Below are positions 40,401 to 54,700 of a stretch of DNA of 64,000 nt, in pieces. The stretch is from NCBI GenBank assembly GCA_964016885.1, contig OZ024741.1, positions 139,128,001 through 139,192,000 of the forward strand, given 5' to 3'. Within the stretch, counting starts at the first letter, position 1, and every line of letters begins with the position of its first letter. The DNA is from Eledone cirrhosa (lineage: Eukaryota). The notes under the pieces are model-generated. The model worked only from the letters and a program-made list of their open reading frames with translations. It searched no databases and was not told the DNA's origin. Position numbers and translations under genes: made by a program.

Positions 40401-40999
40401 AATAAAATATGAAGAATTATAAACAGGAAAATAAATAGATAAACAACAGAATATAAATAGAGAAATAAATTGAAAAATATGAAGAAATATAAAACTAAAA
40501 ATGGTATTTAAAATTAAAGGGAAGTGGAATGTAGAATAAACATCCGATTTGATTTAAGCAAAAGGCCTGTAATTATGGATGGAAAGGAAAGTCGATTACA
40601 TCGACTTCTTTATTGTAATTACCTGGGAATGAGGTATGGCATATTTGACCTCTGTGGGATGGGAACACAAAAATATGTTACTAATTATCCTGGAACGATA
40701 TTGCGAAGTTTATAAACTAAATGAAATATGAATATCTAAACTGTAACTACACAGGATATGGTAGAACGTTCTACATGATTTTATCTTCCGTCGGTGCGAA
40801 AGATGTTCAATTTCTTGAGCATCAGAACAGCCAATTCGTCAAATTAACGTGCAATTGGCGTGATATATATATACGGCTAATTTAAGTCTCAGCAAAATTC
40901 ACCGTGACACACTGATAACAAATGTTCCTAAAAAAAAGGTATATTTTCTGTCATGAGCCCAAACACTCCTTGGATTGGACAGTAGCCCATCGCAGGCTT

Positions 41000-41155
41000 A
41001 AACCTCCAGCTCCTGCTCGTACTGATTTTCAGCTGAGTATACTGTAGAAATGGTAAATATGTGTCTTGCAGAAGAACACAATAAAACATCACTGTCCAGG
41101 AATCGAACCCATAAATTATAATCGTAAGCTGAACACATGACTACGCCACGCGCCT
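41000..41155 (-). mobile_element. Degenerate CORE-like SINE
   Basis: Reverse complement has GGCGCGTGGCGTAGT...GGGTTCGATTCC...GCAAGACACATATTTACC...TACTCAGCTGAAAAT. Confidence 0.55.
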
Positions 41156-41737
41156 CTACTCTTCTAATCTTCGCTCCTTTTAAATACAAGTAGAACTCAT
41201 ATTTTTCAAGCTGCATTGACTGGACCATTTTAATTGATGTCTGTAACTCAAGAACACGACGCGGCACAGGAAATCAAAACTATGACCATACAATACTGAA
41301 CCGTATACCCTAATTATTAAGCTGGATACCTGCGCACAATACCGCGTACGTCCATGAGATCTAAGCGTTAATTTTTTTACCACCCAACATGTAATTCCTG
41401 GTGTATTATGAGTGTAGTAATGCGAGTCCGCGTGATCACACAATAAACAGGCATTTAGAAACATTCATTCGTTGGCGAAAATACTTAAATTTGTTCGTCA
41501 AATGATTGAAAACCTCTGTAATGATTGGTGAATGACGAATTTATGCGTTGTGAACAAAATAAAATTATTGCCACCTAACTAAGAAGAAGGTAATTAAGGT
41601 TAACGATGTGCATGGACATCGAAGCAACGGGTGGACGTTCCATTAACACACATACACACACGCGCGCGCACCCGCACACACCACGCACACACACACATAC
41701 CCATAAACACACACACACATATATATATATATGTATA

Positions 41738-41769
<32 letters not shown>

Positions 41770-41812
41770 TGAGAGAGAGAGAAGTAGTTCCACAACAATT
41801 AATTCAACATTT

Positions 41813-41853
41813 CCGAGAACAATTGTTTCGCCATAGTCGGATCATCAGCTCGG
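41813..41853 (-). ncRNA. Minimal type I hammerhead ribozyme in a short island between microsatellites
   Basis: Minus strand: ccgag CUGAUGA ucc gacuau ggc GAAA caauug UU cucgg. Perfect stem I and palindromic ACAAUUGU stem III. Confidence 0.8.
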
Positions 41854-41867
41854 TTTAAAAAAAGAAG

Positions 41868-41928
<61 letters not shown>

Positions 41929-42549
41929 ATTGAAACATTTATATCCCAGTACAAACGACTGCAACAGTAGTCGATCGCTGTAACTAATAGTTGAAGTATA
42001 TCAGATAAAGTACACCTTGAGATAGAAAAATGTGAATGCTTTAATCGATGTTTTCAACAATCATTGTCAATAATAGACCGTTGCATTGGGACGTCTTTAT
42101 TTCTAACCACAAATTATTCTAACACACCCATATATATATATATATATTTTGACGACAATCATTTTTGGAACACGAATTGGCGCGAAACTTATTTTAATAC
42201 ATCTGGAGCCACTTTTTTCATATGAAACAGGTAGAATTTCCAAAACTAATCAGATTAGAGCAAACATCACGGGCGCTCTATCAAAAATTATTTTTGAAAA
42301 GCATTAGAAATGCGCAACTAGTAAAAACTTAAAACCAAAACTGAATACTAACCAATACGTATTACTCAATTTTTACTTATTCCTAATTAAACTGGGAACA
42401 ATTTGTCAGCATTTTCTTATTCTTTTACCAATATATAAATTTATATATATATGTATATATGTATATAAATATGCATAAAGATATATTTACACATGGTTAT
42501 ATGTGTGTGAGTGTGTGTGTGTAAGAGAGAGAGAGTGTGTGTGTGTGAG

Positions 42550-42628
<79 letters not shown>

Positions 42629-43422
42629 AAGAGACAGAGACAGAGAGAGAGTGAAAGAGAGAGAGTGTATATATGCACAATCATGAAAGTAACTACTGGA
42701 CAGCATTGAAAATCAGGAATGTCATGTTTAGATAAGAACTAATCTCATTGGTCAATAGTTCGAAGCATTAAATCTTGTAAGTTTTCCGACAAGAAGTCTT
42801 AGACTTCCTTTATACATTGCTCTCCCTCTCCCTCTCACTCCCCGTATTGTAAAACTTCACTCCACCTATTCTTTTCCTTTCATTCAATACATGTAGTAAA
42901 TACACATATATACATATATAACAATATATTCGTGTGCTAGTACACATAAAAACACATTTATATAACTGCTTATACCAGAGAATGCATTTTTTTTTATATT
43001 TGCGTGTGTATATGTTTACACACACATACACAACTTCACACATACACACGCACAGATACACACCAATACACACATACGCACGCACACACACACATACATA
43101 TATATGTATACATACTGTGTGTGTGTGCGGTTGCAATATATAAAAGTCAGCTGTTACAGTTTGTTTGAAGACTAGTACAAACACAAGCGCACATAGAAAC
43201 GAACACACAGTCACACTGAGTGAGTGTTGGATATATCGATATCTGTAGGTACCGATCTCTAGTTATCTACTCATTGATACTTCATAGCTCGTACCACTTC
43301 TACCAACACACGAAAATGCATTCACATAAAGGTATATTAACATACACCCCAATATATATATATACACATACATATATATATATATATATGTGTTTGTGTG
43401 TGTGTGGGGTGGGGTGGGTGGT

Positions 43423-43533
<111 letters not shown>

Positions 43534-44439
43534 TGGCGGTAACTATCGATTTGGAGTAATGCCATGGCTTGATATATAAGCAAGAGCATGATGAACTGGG
43601 CTTTTTAGATTTTCTAGGGACTTGCCTATGGCCAACAACGCCATGCATCGCAAAAATGTAACTTATCAAGCGATGCCTGTAATTGAATATTTTTTTAGTG
43701 TGGAAAGACTTTGAACGGAACCAATCAAACTCTTTGATCATCGAATAAGAACTGGTCTACATAATTGGTTGCAAACGATGTCGTAGGTTTTATATCAGAG
43801 TCATCTTTTCCTAGAGAGAGATGTCTTAATTAACCTCGGAGTCTCCACAAAAAAAAAGGAAAATTTATTATTGAATGGACGTTGAATCTCCAGAGTTAAC
43901 CTCCCTTTGACGGGTTTTGGTTTTCCTCCTGCATGGTGTCCAAAATAACCTTTTCTCATTATACACCGACGAACCGATTATGCACAGTTGAACCGGCATC
44001 CTCGGATGACCAAATATGTAGGTTCGACTCATCTATGTCAATACCCATCCTTTTACCTTTTAAACCCCACTATCAGGCTAATTTTCTTTAATCAAAATAC
44101 TTCGAACTCTTCTATCATCTAACTCACTTTCATCCACCCACCCACACCCACCCACCCACACCCACACACACACACACACACATACACACACACACATACA
44201 GCTGAATGGGCAAAGAAGGTGGCCAACAATTTGATCCTTCTAAACACAACTGGTTCAGCTCTTTAATTTTGCTTTTTTTCTGCTGACCTAAGTTTGAGGC
44301 CTGTTCTTGGGTATTTTGGGGCCACTGCGTTTACAAATTACAAAACTTTTGTCTATCACGTCAAGATTTTTTGAATCGAGACTCTTTATATAAGAGTCTA
44401 AAATTCGTGTTACTCGATAATGGAAACTTGCTAGGTGAA

Positions 44440-44990
44440 ATGTCTATTGATCGTTCTAAAAGAGAAGCATGAAAACATAAAAAAAAACACTGTATCAGAT
44501 TTACTTAAGCATGAACACAAGTGGGACATGTGTGGATCTGAAAATGCTCAACCTTTTACTTGGCCAATAAGGAGGGTATAAAAAATATCCGCGTTTCCTG
44601 TTTACTGGATAGTCAAGCGAAAGAAAAACAGGGAACGGAAGCACTGGTCAGTTAGAAATATTTGACTGTTGGGGAGAAGAATATCATATACCAACCACTT
44701 GAAGGGTGGGACAAAATCATCTTCCCACCCAATTAAACTAGGACTAACGAAGCAGTTTGTCAAAGCTATTTGTGTGGTGGGTGACTGTTTCATATTCATA
44801 TATACAGCATTTCCTGGCCTTAGTTATGATAGAATAAATGTTGGTGTGTTTGACGGGATACAAATCAGAAAATTAATGAAATGCCAAAACCTCACGAGAT
44901 CAATTGTAATCGTAGAAAAAAGAGCATAGGATACATTTGTGTCGGTTGTGAAAGAATTTTTAGACATCGAACATATGACCAAACCATTGT
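44440..44990 (+). mobile_element. Second, older Chapaev3-like transposase fragment
   Basis: IKLGLTKQFVKA and GVFDGIQIRKLMK (ORF 44669-44929). Upstream decayed W..C.DLKM..LLGQ.GGY.KYP...WDS. Confidence 0.72.
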
Positions 44991-45152
44991 GAATCCAATT
45001 CACTAACCACAAACCATCACATAGCAAGCATAAATATGTCACCCCAGAGCATATATAAGGAACAGCATACACATTGTCTATACTACATATTCATATATGT
45101 AAAATGGAATAGATTTAGAATTTAGTTATACATATAGAGATATATATATATA

Positions 45153-45246
45153 TAACAAAGAAAGTGCGGTAAGGAACCAGGTGGACCATAACGCACCAGA
45201 GTACTCGATATGTAGGGTAGTAGAGTGGGTAATAGGAAAAGAGTCA

Positions 45247-45250
<4 letters not shown>
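45153..45250 (-). mobile_element. Solo Naiad-type terminal tail in (TA)n
   Basis: Reverse complement starts TCCTGACTCTTTTCCTA, the sequence that follows the hammerhead at 12713-12729. The remainder matches 12578-12660. Confidence 0.65.
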
Positions 45251-45343
<93 letters not shown>

Positions 45344-45653
45344 TATATATACAGGGAGAGAGAGAGAGAGAGAGAGTGTGTGTGTGTTGGCGGCAGAGGT
45401 ATACAGTACTGAAGTTAAAATATAGCTGTTCCAGCAAATTATTGATTTGTTGATTGATTGATTGATTACGTATGACTTTAAGCCTATCAGATAGAACTGA
45501 TAGCAAGCACGAATTCTTGTTTAAATATGTGTTTGCATAATTATCTATCGATCTCTCTAGCTATATATACACACATTTACATACGTGTGTGCGTTACAAT
45601 CTATAAATGCTAGTATTTGTGTTTGGAATATCTATATCTATATATCTATCTAA

Positions 45654-45711
<58 letters not shown>

Positions 45712-45994
45712 CTCTATATCTATTTCTATATCTATCTATCTATATATATATATATATATATATATTCCAAACACAAATGCTGTATATATATATTATAGGT
45801 ACGTAAGTTTTTAATGATCCTTAATGCCATCACGATCTGCAATGTAGATGGATTTGTTTCTATTAGAGACTGCTAGAAAACTCTTTTATATTTTTATATG
45901 TTTACAGAGAGGATCACAGAGGATAACATCGAACAGCAATCTCTGTTAGCGTTTAATACGGTCATTTAACTTCAATGTTGCCTGCCTTTTGCAG

Positions 45995-46046
45995 GGTCGA
46001 AGCTTTGCGGATATTTCGCTCATTCCCACCAACTTCTCAAGCATAT
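45995..46046 (+). CDS. Candidate second coding exon (phase 2 in: R-VEALRIFRSFPPTSQAY)
   Basis: Branch-like TTTAAC at 45965-45970 and acceptor CCTTTTGCAG|G. Completes the signal peptide with a V-E-A cleavage motif. The donor AT|GTAAAG at 46047 is weak, and read-through stops at TAA 46083-46085. Confidence 0.33.
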
Positions 46047-46414
46047 GTAAAGCTACAGAAGCAGTGCTTTTTCACATCTGGCTAAACAGTAGCTGTAAGG
46101 AATTAAGAAATGATATCGAGAGAGAGAGAGAGAGAAAGGAGAGAGATTGGGGTGGGAAGAAATTTCACCTGTCATGAAAAAATAAATGACAATGTTTAAC
46201 TATGTTTGGTTTTTATTGGGAGGTTAGTGAGATGGAATATTATCAGAAACACCAAATGGGGTTCTGTGTCTATGAAGTGTTTACCCAAACGTTGATATCT
46301 GTATATGTGTAAACATATCTGTATAATTACGGAGCTCATTTCGCGTAACCATGTTGCTCTAGATGATTAGTAAGAAAAAGTCGTCTATGTTCCTCCAGAG
46401 AGAGAGAGAGAGAG

Positions 46415-46458
<44 letters not shown>

Positions 46459-47691
46459 GAGAGATTTGTGGGAGAGAGTGACAGTGATAGAGAGATAGTG
46501 AAGGAGAAGGGGAGAATTAACTTCAGTAATGGGCTGGTATTTTACAGGGTGAATCCTACATTAGATACACAGATGATTGTATTGTTTTATACTCAATACG
46601 ATTTCTAGTTTTACTCACAAATCTAGCAGCCAGCTACCTCTGAATTTAACAAGAAAGAGATCATATGTACGATTGTTCAGAAAATATGTATCTGATAAAT
46701 TACAAAAAAATACTATTTATTGAAACATTGACATAGGGTAAGTCTAAATACTTCTTAAATCAGATGATTTAACATGTTTTACTCTGTACATGCTGGAGAA
46801 TTTATGTAAATAATACCAATTTTAGAAGTAGCTCCTTTCAACCTTTTATTATAATACGGCTCTGGGTGGTTGAAGGATTAGATGAAGTATTAGATAAAAT
46901 TATGATAATGATTTTAATTAAAGATTAATAATTGCAGACAAAGGATTTATTAAAATACTTCATTTTGTAAATTTTCATTATTACTCTTTTAGGTTCCAGA
47001 ATATGCGTTTAAATCATAACATCAGCAATGTAAAGACCAATTGAAATGTTGCTTCCTGGATTCGATTTGACGAATAACACATTTTGTTCCAATGTTCATA
47101 TGCCAAGTGTTAAATATATGTAAATTTCTTTTACTCGGAAATTCAAAGCAATGATAGACAACATTACGATCACATCTCACGTTTGAGAAGGCCTCGTGTG
47201 TAAAGAAGAGTTAGATTAATTTTCATAGTATAAGGAGTTTGTGCGTAGATCATCGACTTTTATATTTCAACTTTGTTAAACACAATAACTAATAATTCAT
47301 AGTCTGATCAATATCGGTACGATCACGACATTATATCGATAAACATGAATGGTAGATAAATAAAGAAAAGAGTTATAGATTATTTAGAAAAACAACCCCT
47401 CAAAATTACGTTCAAAATAATTGTACAATTAATTAGACTTTTCAGATTATAACTTGCTGCATTCTATCATCTCCTCTTCCCTACTTCCCCCTCTCTCTCT
47501 ACCCCTTTCCCTCTTTCACACAAATACATACATGCACTGCTTACAAATTTGTAGCACTTTTTTATACCGAGGCAGCTATCTAAGATTAAAAAATAAATGG
47601 GAATCAATAAATATTTACCTTATAATTTGTGATCAATACAACATGAAGTACGAATACTAACAATTGCTGGCCTTGTGCCTAACGTAGAAAC

Positions 47692-47863
<172 letters not shown>

Positions 47864-48026
47864 GTATATATATATGGGTGTGTGTGTGTTTGTGTGGGTG
47901 TCAAGGTGTGTGTATGTGTGTATGTGTGATTGTGTGTGTGAACAGTACATGCTAAACAACACAAGGAAACGATATACTACACTGAATATATATAATTGCT
48001 TAACGATTGATGTAGTAGAGAAGGAA

Positions 48027-48062
48027 ACCTAACATTTCGGACGTTAGTACTTTATCAAAAGA
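48027..48062 (-). ncRNA. Minimal hammerhead, U3-A8 variant of the 28637 family
   Basis: Minus strand: ucuu UUGAUAA a guac uaac gucc GAAA ug UU aggu. Flanks are homologous to 28600-28700. Confidence 0.6.
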
Positions 48063-48227
48063 TGCGATGGGAGATAAAAGAAGAAATAGAAATATTCTAA
48101 GGGAATTTATATGCGTGCTTTGCCAGATTTTGGAATGTACATATTCCTATGTAGATATACACATGTGTATATGTATATTTGTGCATATGTATATGTGTGT
48201 ATATATGCATATGTGTGTATATGTATG

Positions 48228-48263
<36 letters not shown>

Positions 48264-50039
48264 CGTGTGTGTGTTTGTGTGTATGTACATGTTTATATTC
48301 ACTGCAGTTTAGCATCATTGCGTAATAAGGTTTCAAATCTGCAAGCCTAAATCGTGTTCTTATAAATACGGTTCCGCAGTTAACAGAAATTAGATCAAAA
48401 CCTCTACTTAGCAGTCCAATAGATGTCCATATAAATTCTGTATAGTATTGTAAAATATGTGTATTTATGAATTCATCTATAACATACAACTCTGCCTTTC
48501 TCGACAGCTGCTGGATTCATCCATATAATCCTTTACATCTATCAAACATTGATAATCGATGTTTTGTTTTTTCTCTGGTTCAGGATTTGTTTTATTACAA
48601 ACTCAATAGATAAGTCTGACAGTGTATATCTATATTCTTGCTTCTATCACAGACAGAGAAAGAGAAATGGAGAGAAAAAAGTGAGAGAGGCGGACAGACA
48701 GAAATATAGACAGAGAGATATATATAGCTATATTTAGATAGATGGAAAGAGTTAGAAACTTCAATCAGGTGACCGTAGTAAGCAAAATTCACCATAGAAA
48801 TCAATGTTCCAAAGAGCCTAGAAATATCGGGTTTACTTCTGCCTTAACATATTGACAGATGTTTTCAGTTTTGTTTCGCTGGAGGATACTGATTTGTATT
48901 GCAAATAAAAAAGAACTATGATTTTGAATATGGACATATAGATAGGAATAACTAAACAATATATAGGTGATGAATGATAAAAGGTGGAGATGCAATGATG
49001 GAAGAGAGAAGGAATGAGAGTGAAAGAGAATAATAGAAGCAAGAAAGAAATTTTAGGGAAGAATACGTAGGGATGTAATGTGAAAAGGATCGGAAGACAG
49101 GATCAAGAAAAAACAAGACGGTGATTGGATGTGAGGGGAAGTTTACCAATAAAAGGGAACATGCTTTCCAAAGGATTGGTGGGTTATACCTGGAGCTTAT
49201 ACGAAAATATAAACTAATGAGCCAGTAGTGTACATAAAGATGGTTATGTAAAGTGACAGTGAAGAGGAGTTTACTATTGAACAGAAGAATTTACAGATGG
49301 AGAGAGTAGAGAAATTGTGTGATATGTACATGGCGAGAAGTGGACGTAATTGAACATAATTTCAATCATGAAGATAATATTTTATTTATTAGTCATTACT
49401 AGCGTACCATTCATTATATACTACCCAGAGATCACCTAACTCCCTCGTAAGGTTTTCTTCAATGTAGTCACCAATAAAGTACGCACACTGTCTATCCATA
49501 TGTAATTTACCTTTTCGTATAATACCTTTGTCGCTCGAAGTAAAATTCAATCACCCGGGAAGTGTTTGTCTCGTTGCCTCGCAGCACAACAGGTTATATC
49601 CACATATTGCTTGGATTTATCTTCGCCACAACGGCTAGATAAGATGCCCGTGATAAAATATGAGGCTGTGGCAATTCAACGTTATATAAATATAAGATGT
49701 GTATTTGGTGGTATGAACATTTATTTGGTAAACATGAAATAATTACAAAGAATTACTAGAACACAAAACGTCTCTTCTCTTTTACGTTCAACACAGTTTT
49801 CGAATAAGTAATAGAAAGGAAGAGGAAACAACTGGACGCGTTGTAAAATTAAAATAGCCAGGAATTTCATTGAGTGAAATATGGGATGAGATGGCTTTGA
49901 AAATGAAATAAACATCCGGTAAAATTAGGGTATAATTTAATTAGTTCTGATAATAGAAACAACATATTTTACTGAATGATCGTAAACGTTGTTAGAGAAT
50001 GAAACAGCGTCGACTCTTATGTGTATATATATATATATA

Positions 50040-51665
50040 TTTATAAGTCGTTTGGAAGCCTCGATAATGCAAATGGGTAAATCTCCGGGTAACAAGGTCC
50101 GGTGGTGGGTGTACTTTGAGATGCGTGGTGTGTATAAGATGTGTGAGATGTGTAGAATGAAGGGAAGAGTATAAAGGATGAAATTAAAATAACAACACAA
50201 GAGAGAGTTACCTTGGGAGAGATTTAATAGTCCCTATATATTTCGGATTCACATCCATCAACTGGGGTTTTTTCCGGGGTGGGGGAAAAGGTTGTCTGTC
50301 GGACAAGTCCGGAACGCGTCCTTCGCTGTTTGTTGTTTTGAATATCTGAGGTATTCGGCAGAGCGCGTGTGCGCGTGAAATGGGGTCGGTCGTACAGAGG
50401 TCAGCGGCCGAATGAGGGAGTGGGATGGCGCTAGCTGTCAGTCCATTCTTTGCCTGTTTGTTAAATGTTAATGTGTGTGTGTGTGCGTGTGTCGTTGTCA
50501 CGCTTGAGTGTGTGTGTGTGTGTGTGCGTGTGTTGTTGCCTTGTTCCTCTGTATTGGCAGTGTAGTATGTCCGTATGGTGGAATGCTACTGTGTGTGTGT
50601 GTAGTTGTCTCGTTTGCGTGTGTGTGTGTGTGCGTGTGTTGTGTGTCGTTGCATCGCTTGTTAACTTAAACCAGCCATCTCATTTCGATTCTCTCTGATC
50701 GGTTGTTTATTTGCGGTTGCAGTCGTTTGATAAAAAGCGCTTCCTTGATACGTAACGTGCCGACGTTTCTTTCAGTTGCTAGAATTGTGACAATGGGCCT
50801 TCCGTCTTTGTTTCCGCATTTGTCTATGTTTTTCTGGAAAGACGAGGCCCTGGTTTTAGTGTGTTCCTTGATCTGGATGTGCAAAGGTCGAATTGTGCTA
50901 CCTATGTAGTATTGGTTCCACCTGTCACATTATATCTTATACAGGACGTGTGCGTAGGCAACAGTTCGCATGGCGTATCGGGCAGTCTCTGAGGGAGCAT
51001 GCGTCAGTAGATTTTTCGGGTTTCCTGGAGAGGCATCTTCGCAGGGAGGGGCCCGAGTGGGCCAGGTGGATGTCGAGGCCCTCCCTCCGTATAGCCTTGC
51101 GGATAGCGTTGGTGGTTTTCTTGCCCAGGTGTGGCATTTTAAGGAAGCACTTGCCTTGGGTGCTTCTCTGTCTCTTGCGTCTGGTGTCTCCTATTCTGTC
51201 TGTGATCGCGGTAGGGTACCCGTTCGTCTCCAGCACCTCGAGGAATCGCTTCGTATGAGTGACACCACTCGCGGGATCGCTGCATCTGTTTTTGATTCGC
51301 GCGATCTCGTTCGTGATGTATCCTCTTTTGGCACTGTTAGGGAGGGCGGACTTGTAGTGAACGAATAGGTCCCTGCAGGATGCCTTTCGGTAGAAGTTGC
51401 AGTGGATCCTTCCCTGTTCCGTGATGTTGATTCGGAAGTCGAGGAGGGCAAGTGACCCGTCTTCGTTGTGGTGTTCAACACTGAAGTCAATGTTCTCGTC
51501 CGTGTTGTTGAACGTCTCGTAGATTCTGTTCGCCGTGTCTTGGGAAGATGTGAGAATGAGGATATCGTCCACGTACCTTGAGAAAAAGGCTACGGCGTTG
51601 GGGTGGCAGGCGTTGAGTGCCTTGCGTTCGAGGTTGTCCATGTAAGAGATCGCTAGCACACCTGA
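50040..51665 (-). mobile_element. Penelope/Poseidon-type PLE, 5'-truncated: RT C-terminus, GIY-YIG endonuclease and AC-rich 3' UTR
   Basis: ORF 50937-51659 (YMDNLE, RYVDDI, LLDF, FYRK, NGYP). Frameshifted VLYKI*CDRWNQYYIGSTIRPLHIQIKEH. ORF 50666-50884 (IKEALFIKRLQPQINNR). Confidence 0.88.
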
Positions 51666-51668
51666 TAT

Positions 51669-51710
<42 letters not shown>

Positions 51711-52251
51711 AGTATTTCCGTAGAAAAGTTAAGGAATAATAGAGTGCTCTATTTATTGTACAGAGCTTTTTAATTACATAATTTATAGCACAATACAATT
51801 ATTTTTCAAGAAACTAGAGGATTCTTGCAAGATCGTCACACAAAATAATTGTGTTTTAGATATACATATTGAAAAAGATATATATATATATATATATATT
51901 AATGACGGACGTGTGAATAAGAATGTAATACCGAAGTTGAATTGAGATATGTACTTATCTATATAATAATAATAATAATAATATTATTTATAGTTATGTA
52001 TACACTATATACAACTATAAACAGGAAAGGTCAGTAATGCATTACTACCTTATTACCAGTGAGAAAAATAGTTCAATGTAAATACATCAGATGTTTTACA
52101 GAGCAGAAATATAAATTACACAATAATCAAAGCTATGTTCAAATCATTTTATTGCTGACAATCGTTTCTTACAAACTTTCGTGTTGCCCCCCCCCCCCCC
52201 CCGGGGGGGGCAGATAACTCCCTTAAGCTTGGAGTCAGCATTACTACTGCA

Positions 52252-52815
52252 TATCTATCTAGGGCGGGTAAAATTCCCGAGATCCATGGAGGAGTTCTCT
52301 CCAGCGGTCTCTGTCCCTCATTATCGATGCCTTAGGGCATCAACATATGTTAACTTTGGTCTTCCTCTTCCAGTGTGTCCATGTAGGGGCTCCCACAGGA
52401 GCACTGAGTGCAATGTCAACTCTGTATGTCGGTGAGCATGTCCAGCTAACCTCAGTCTCATCTGTGTCAATTTTGAGCTAACTTTTGGGAGGCTCCCATA
52501 CAGCTCTGAGTTTTTCATCCTCAGTGTATACTGATTAATGTTCAGAGCTATCCTCACCATTCTTTTGTAGCACTCATCCACCATCTGAGTGAGTTTCTTG
52601 GTCAGTGTCCAAGTCTCAGACCCGTACAGCAGTACAGACTCCACTACAGAAATGAAGAAGCGGATTTTCAGGTCTTTACGAAGGTCCGACTTCCACACCG
52701 ATCTTAAGCTGTGGCACGCCGCCCAGGCTTTGCTCTTCCTCTCAACCACATCATCTTCCCTATTTCCAATCTTTGTTACCAAATACAGGAAGTCCTCAAC
52801 TACTGCATAAAGGCC
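52252..52815 (-). mobile_element. RTE-like LINE 3' fragment
   Basis: VEDFLYL, KIRFF..VESVLLYGSETWTL, RLRLAGH and GRGRPKLTYVD (ORF 52321-52851). Confidence 0.85.
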
Positions 52816-54700
52816 CCATAATTCCTGCAGTTTGCCTCCCATCTTCCCCAAAATTAATTTTTTTGCTTATGGCCTACAAATAAATTTGCAGGCATACACT
52901 TACGCAGAAATTCAGGTAGGAGACACTTTGCGAGGTAGTAAACCGACTTGATGAATGTGGAAGTTGATATCCTCAATGCAACAAAACGTCATAACTGCTA
53001 GAGTTGGTGTTTGGTTTTCACGAAGCGAGACGAATTGGTCACCCATGGCTTATAAAGGAAGGTGAACACATAAACATTTACCTGAACTTATCAAGAGAGC
53101 CGGGGGTGGTGGGTGTTGGGCAGTAAGCCTCTTCGACTTATCTATTAACGTTCACGTTAACACTGTATTGGGTACCTGATAACTTTTGAAGTTTACATTC
53201 GATTTTGACTTTACCGGACACATTGGTTACCCATTGCCTAAAGATGATCTTGAAGACACTGTCTATAACCGGAAAAATCAAGTGGTCCCCCAGGGGGCAG
53301 TAAGCCCCGGCAAGTTATTTATTGAATTTGGCTATTGTAATGTAGCAAAGCGTCACAGCTTCGATAATCGGTAGTCCAATAAAAAGAATTTCGACTTCGT
53401 GAAAATACATTGAGGCACATTTTCTTTCATTTCAATTCAGCAAGAGGACCCCCTCTGGAACAATGAGCCCAATTCATTAACCTATAAAAGTTCAAACTGC
53501 CACAATAAAAATGCACCATAACCTCGGGAGTTTATACTTGATTCTTACAAAAACTAAGCGAAATGGTTATTGCCTGCCATAAGATAAAGCACCACACATT
53601 CGTTACCACTTGAATTTTGCAAGGGCATTGAGCCCATTTAGACCACTTTTAAAGTTCATATTATGGTTGCAGCAAAGCATTTAAACTTCTGGAAATAAAA
53701 GTCAATTTAAACGAAAGCTGATGCATCGGTTACCCATGTCCTACACATGGAGTAGAGAATGTTTAAATCCTACTGACTTAACTTTAGTTTGTTTAGTTAA
53801 CTTTAGGATGGTTGAATTTAATTTGCACCCGGTTGTCTTTCCCGTGTAATTGCACCATAATTAAAAGCGGAATGAGGAGTTTTTTCCTTGAACTTTGGCG
53901 TCATTTCACACTCCTAACTATTAATGCGCGATTTAACCCAGGTGTAAATGTTAGCGCCTACTGTATGTGGATTGTGCTATTTCACACTCATGCCTAAAAC
54001 TCTGCGAATGATTGATTAGTTTTTGCAACCGGTTGTCTCCCCCATTTAATTGCACCTCAATTAAGTGCGAAATGGCGACCTCTGTCGCATCAGTGAGTTG
54101 TGTTCAATAGATTTCATCACACTTATTTGTATTGTCTAACCAATCAGACAACTGGAGTGTTGTTGATTGAGCGAAATCACTCCTATATATATCGGTCAAG
54201 TTCGACCTAGGATCACACTTTTTTTTTTCGCTTTTGACAAGTGGTAGTTTTTTTCACATGCGTACTTTCATAAGCTACCCCATGTTTCTGAAATGCATGC
54301 TTCTTCAACATGTGTCCCCTTAAAGGAGGTTTAGTTAATGTGTTTATGATCACAAGGTTCCAGTTTATCATACTGTGATTTTTCGACCATTTTCGGCATC
54401 CTTTCAATGGTTAGTACTTACTTATTGCTATGTTCGAACTGAACAAACATACTGACACTTATATACCTGCCACTGTAGCCACACAATTTAATTTCCTTTA
54501 TCACAGGTAGTCCGTACGCTGTGTTTCCCCTAACTTAAAACCTGAAATTTGACTGGTACACAAAATCATGAAAACACACACTTTCTCAGATCACATAGAT
54601 TTATTACATTTTTTCCCAATGTATATCCGTGTTTAGATGTGCTTTCTTAAATATTATTTGTCCACTATTTATCCTTCTCCCTGGTTAATTTTCTTTTAAA

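Noticed and set aside
51958-51975. A|TCTATATAAT as the Helitron 5' terminus
   Set aside because: It fits the consensus but runs into an (AAT)n tract and cannot be tied to the element without other copies.
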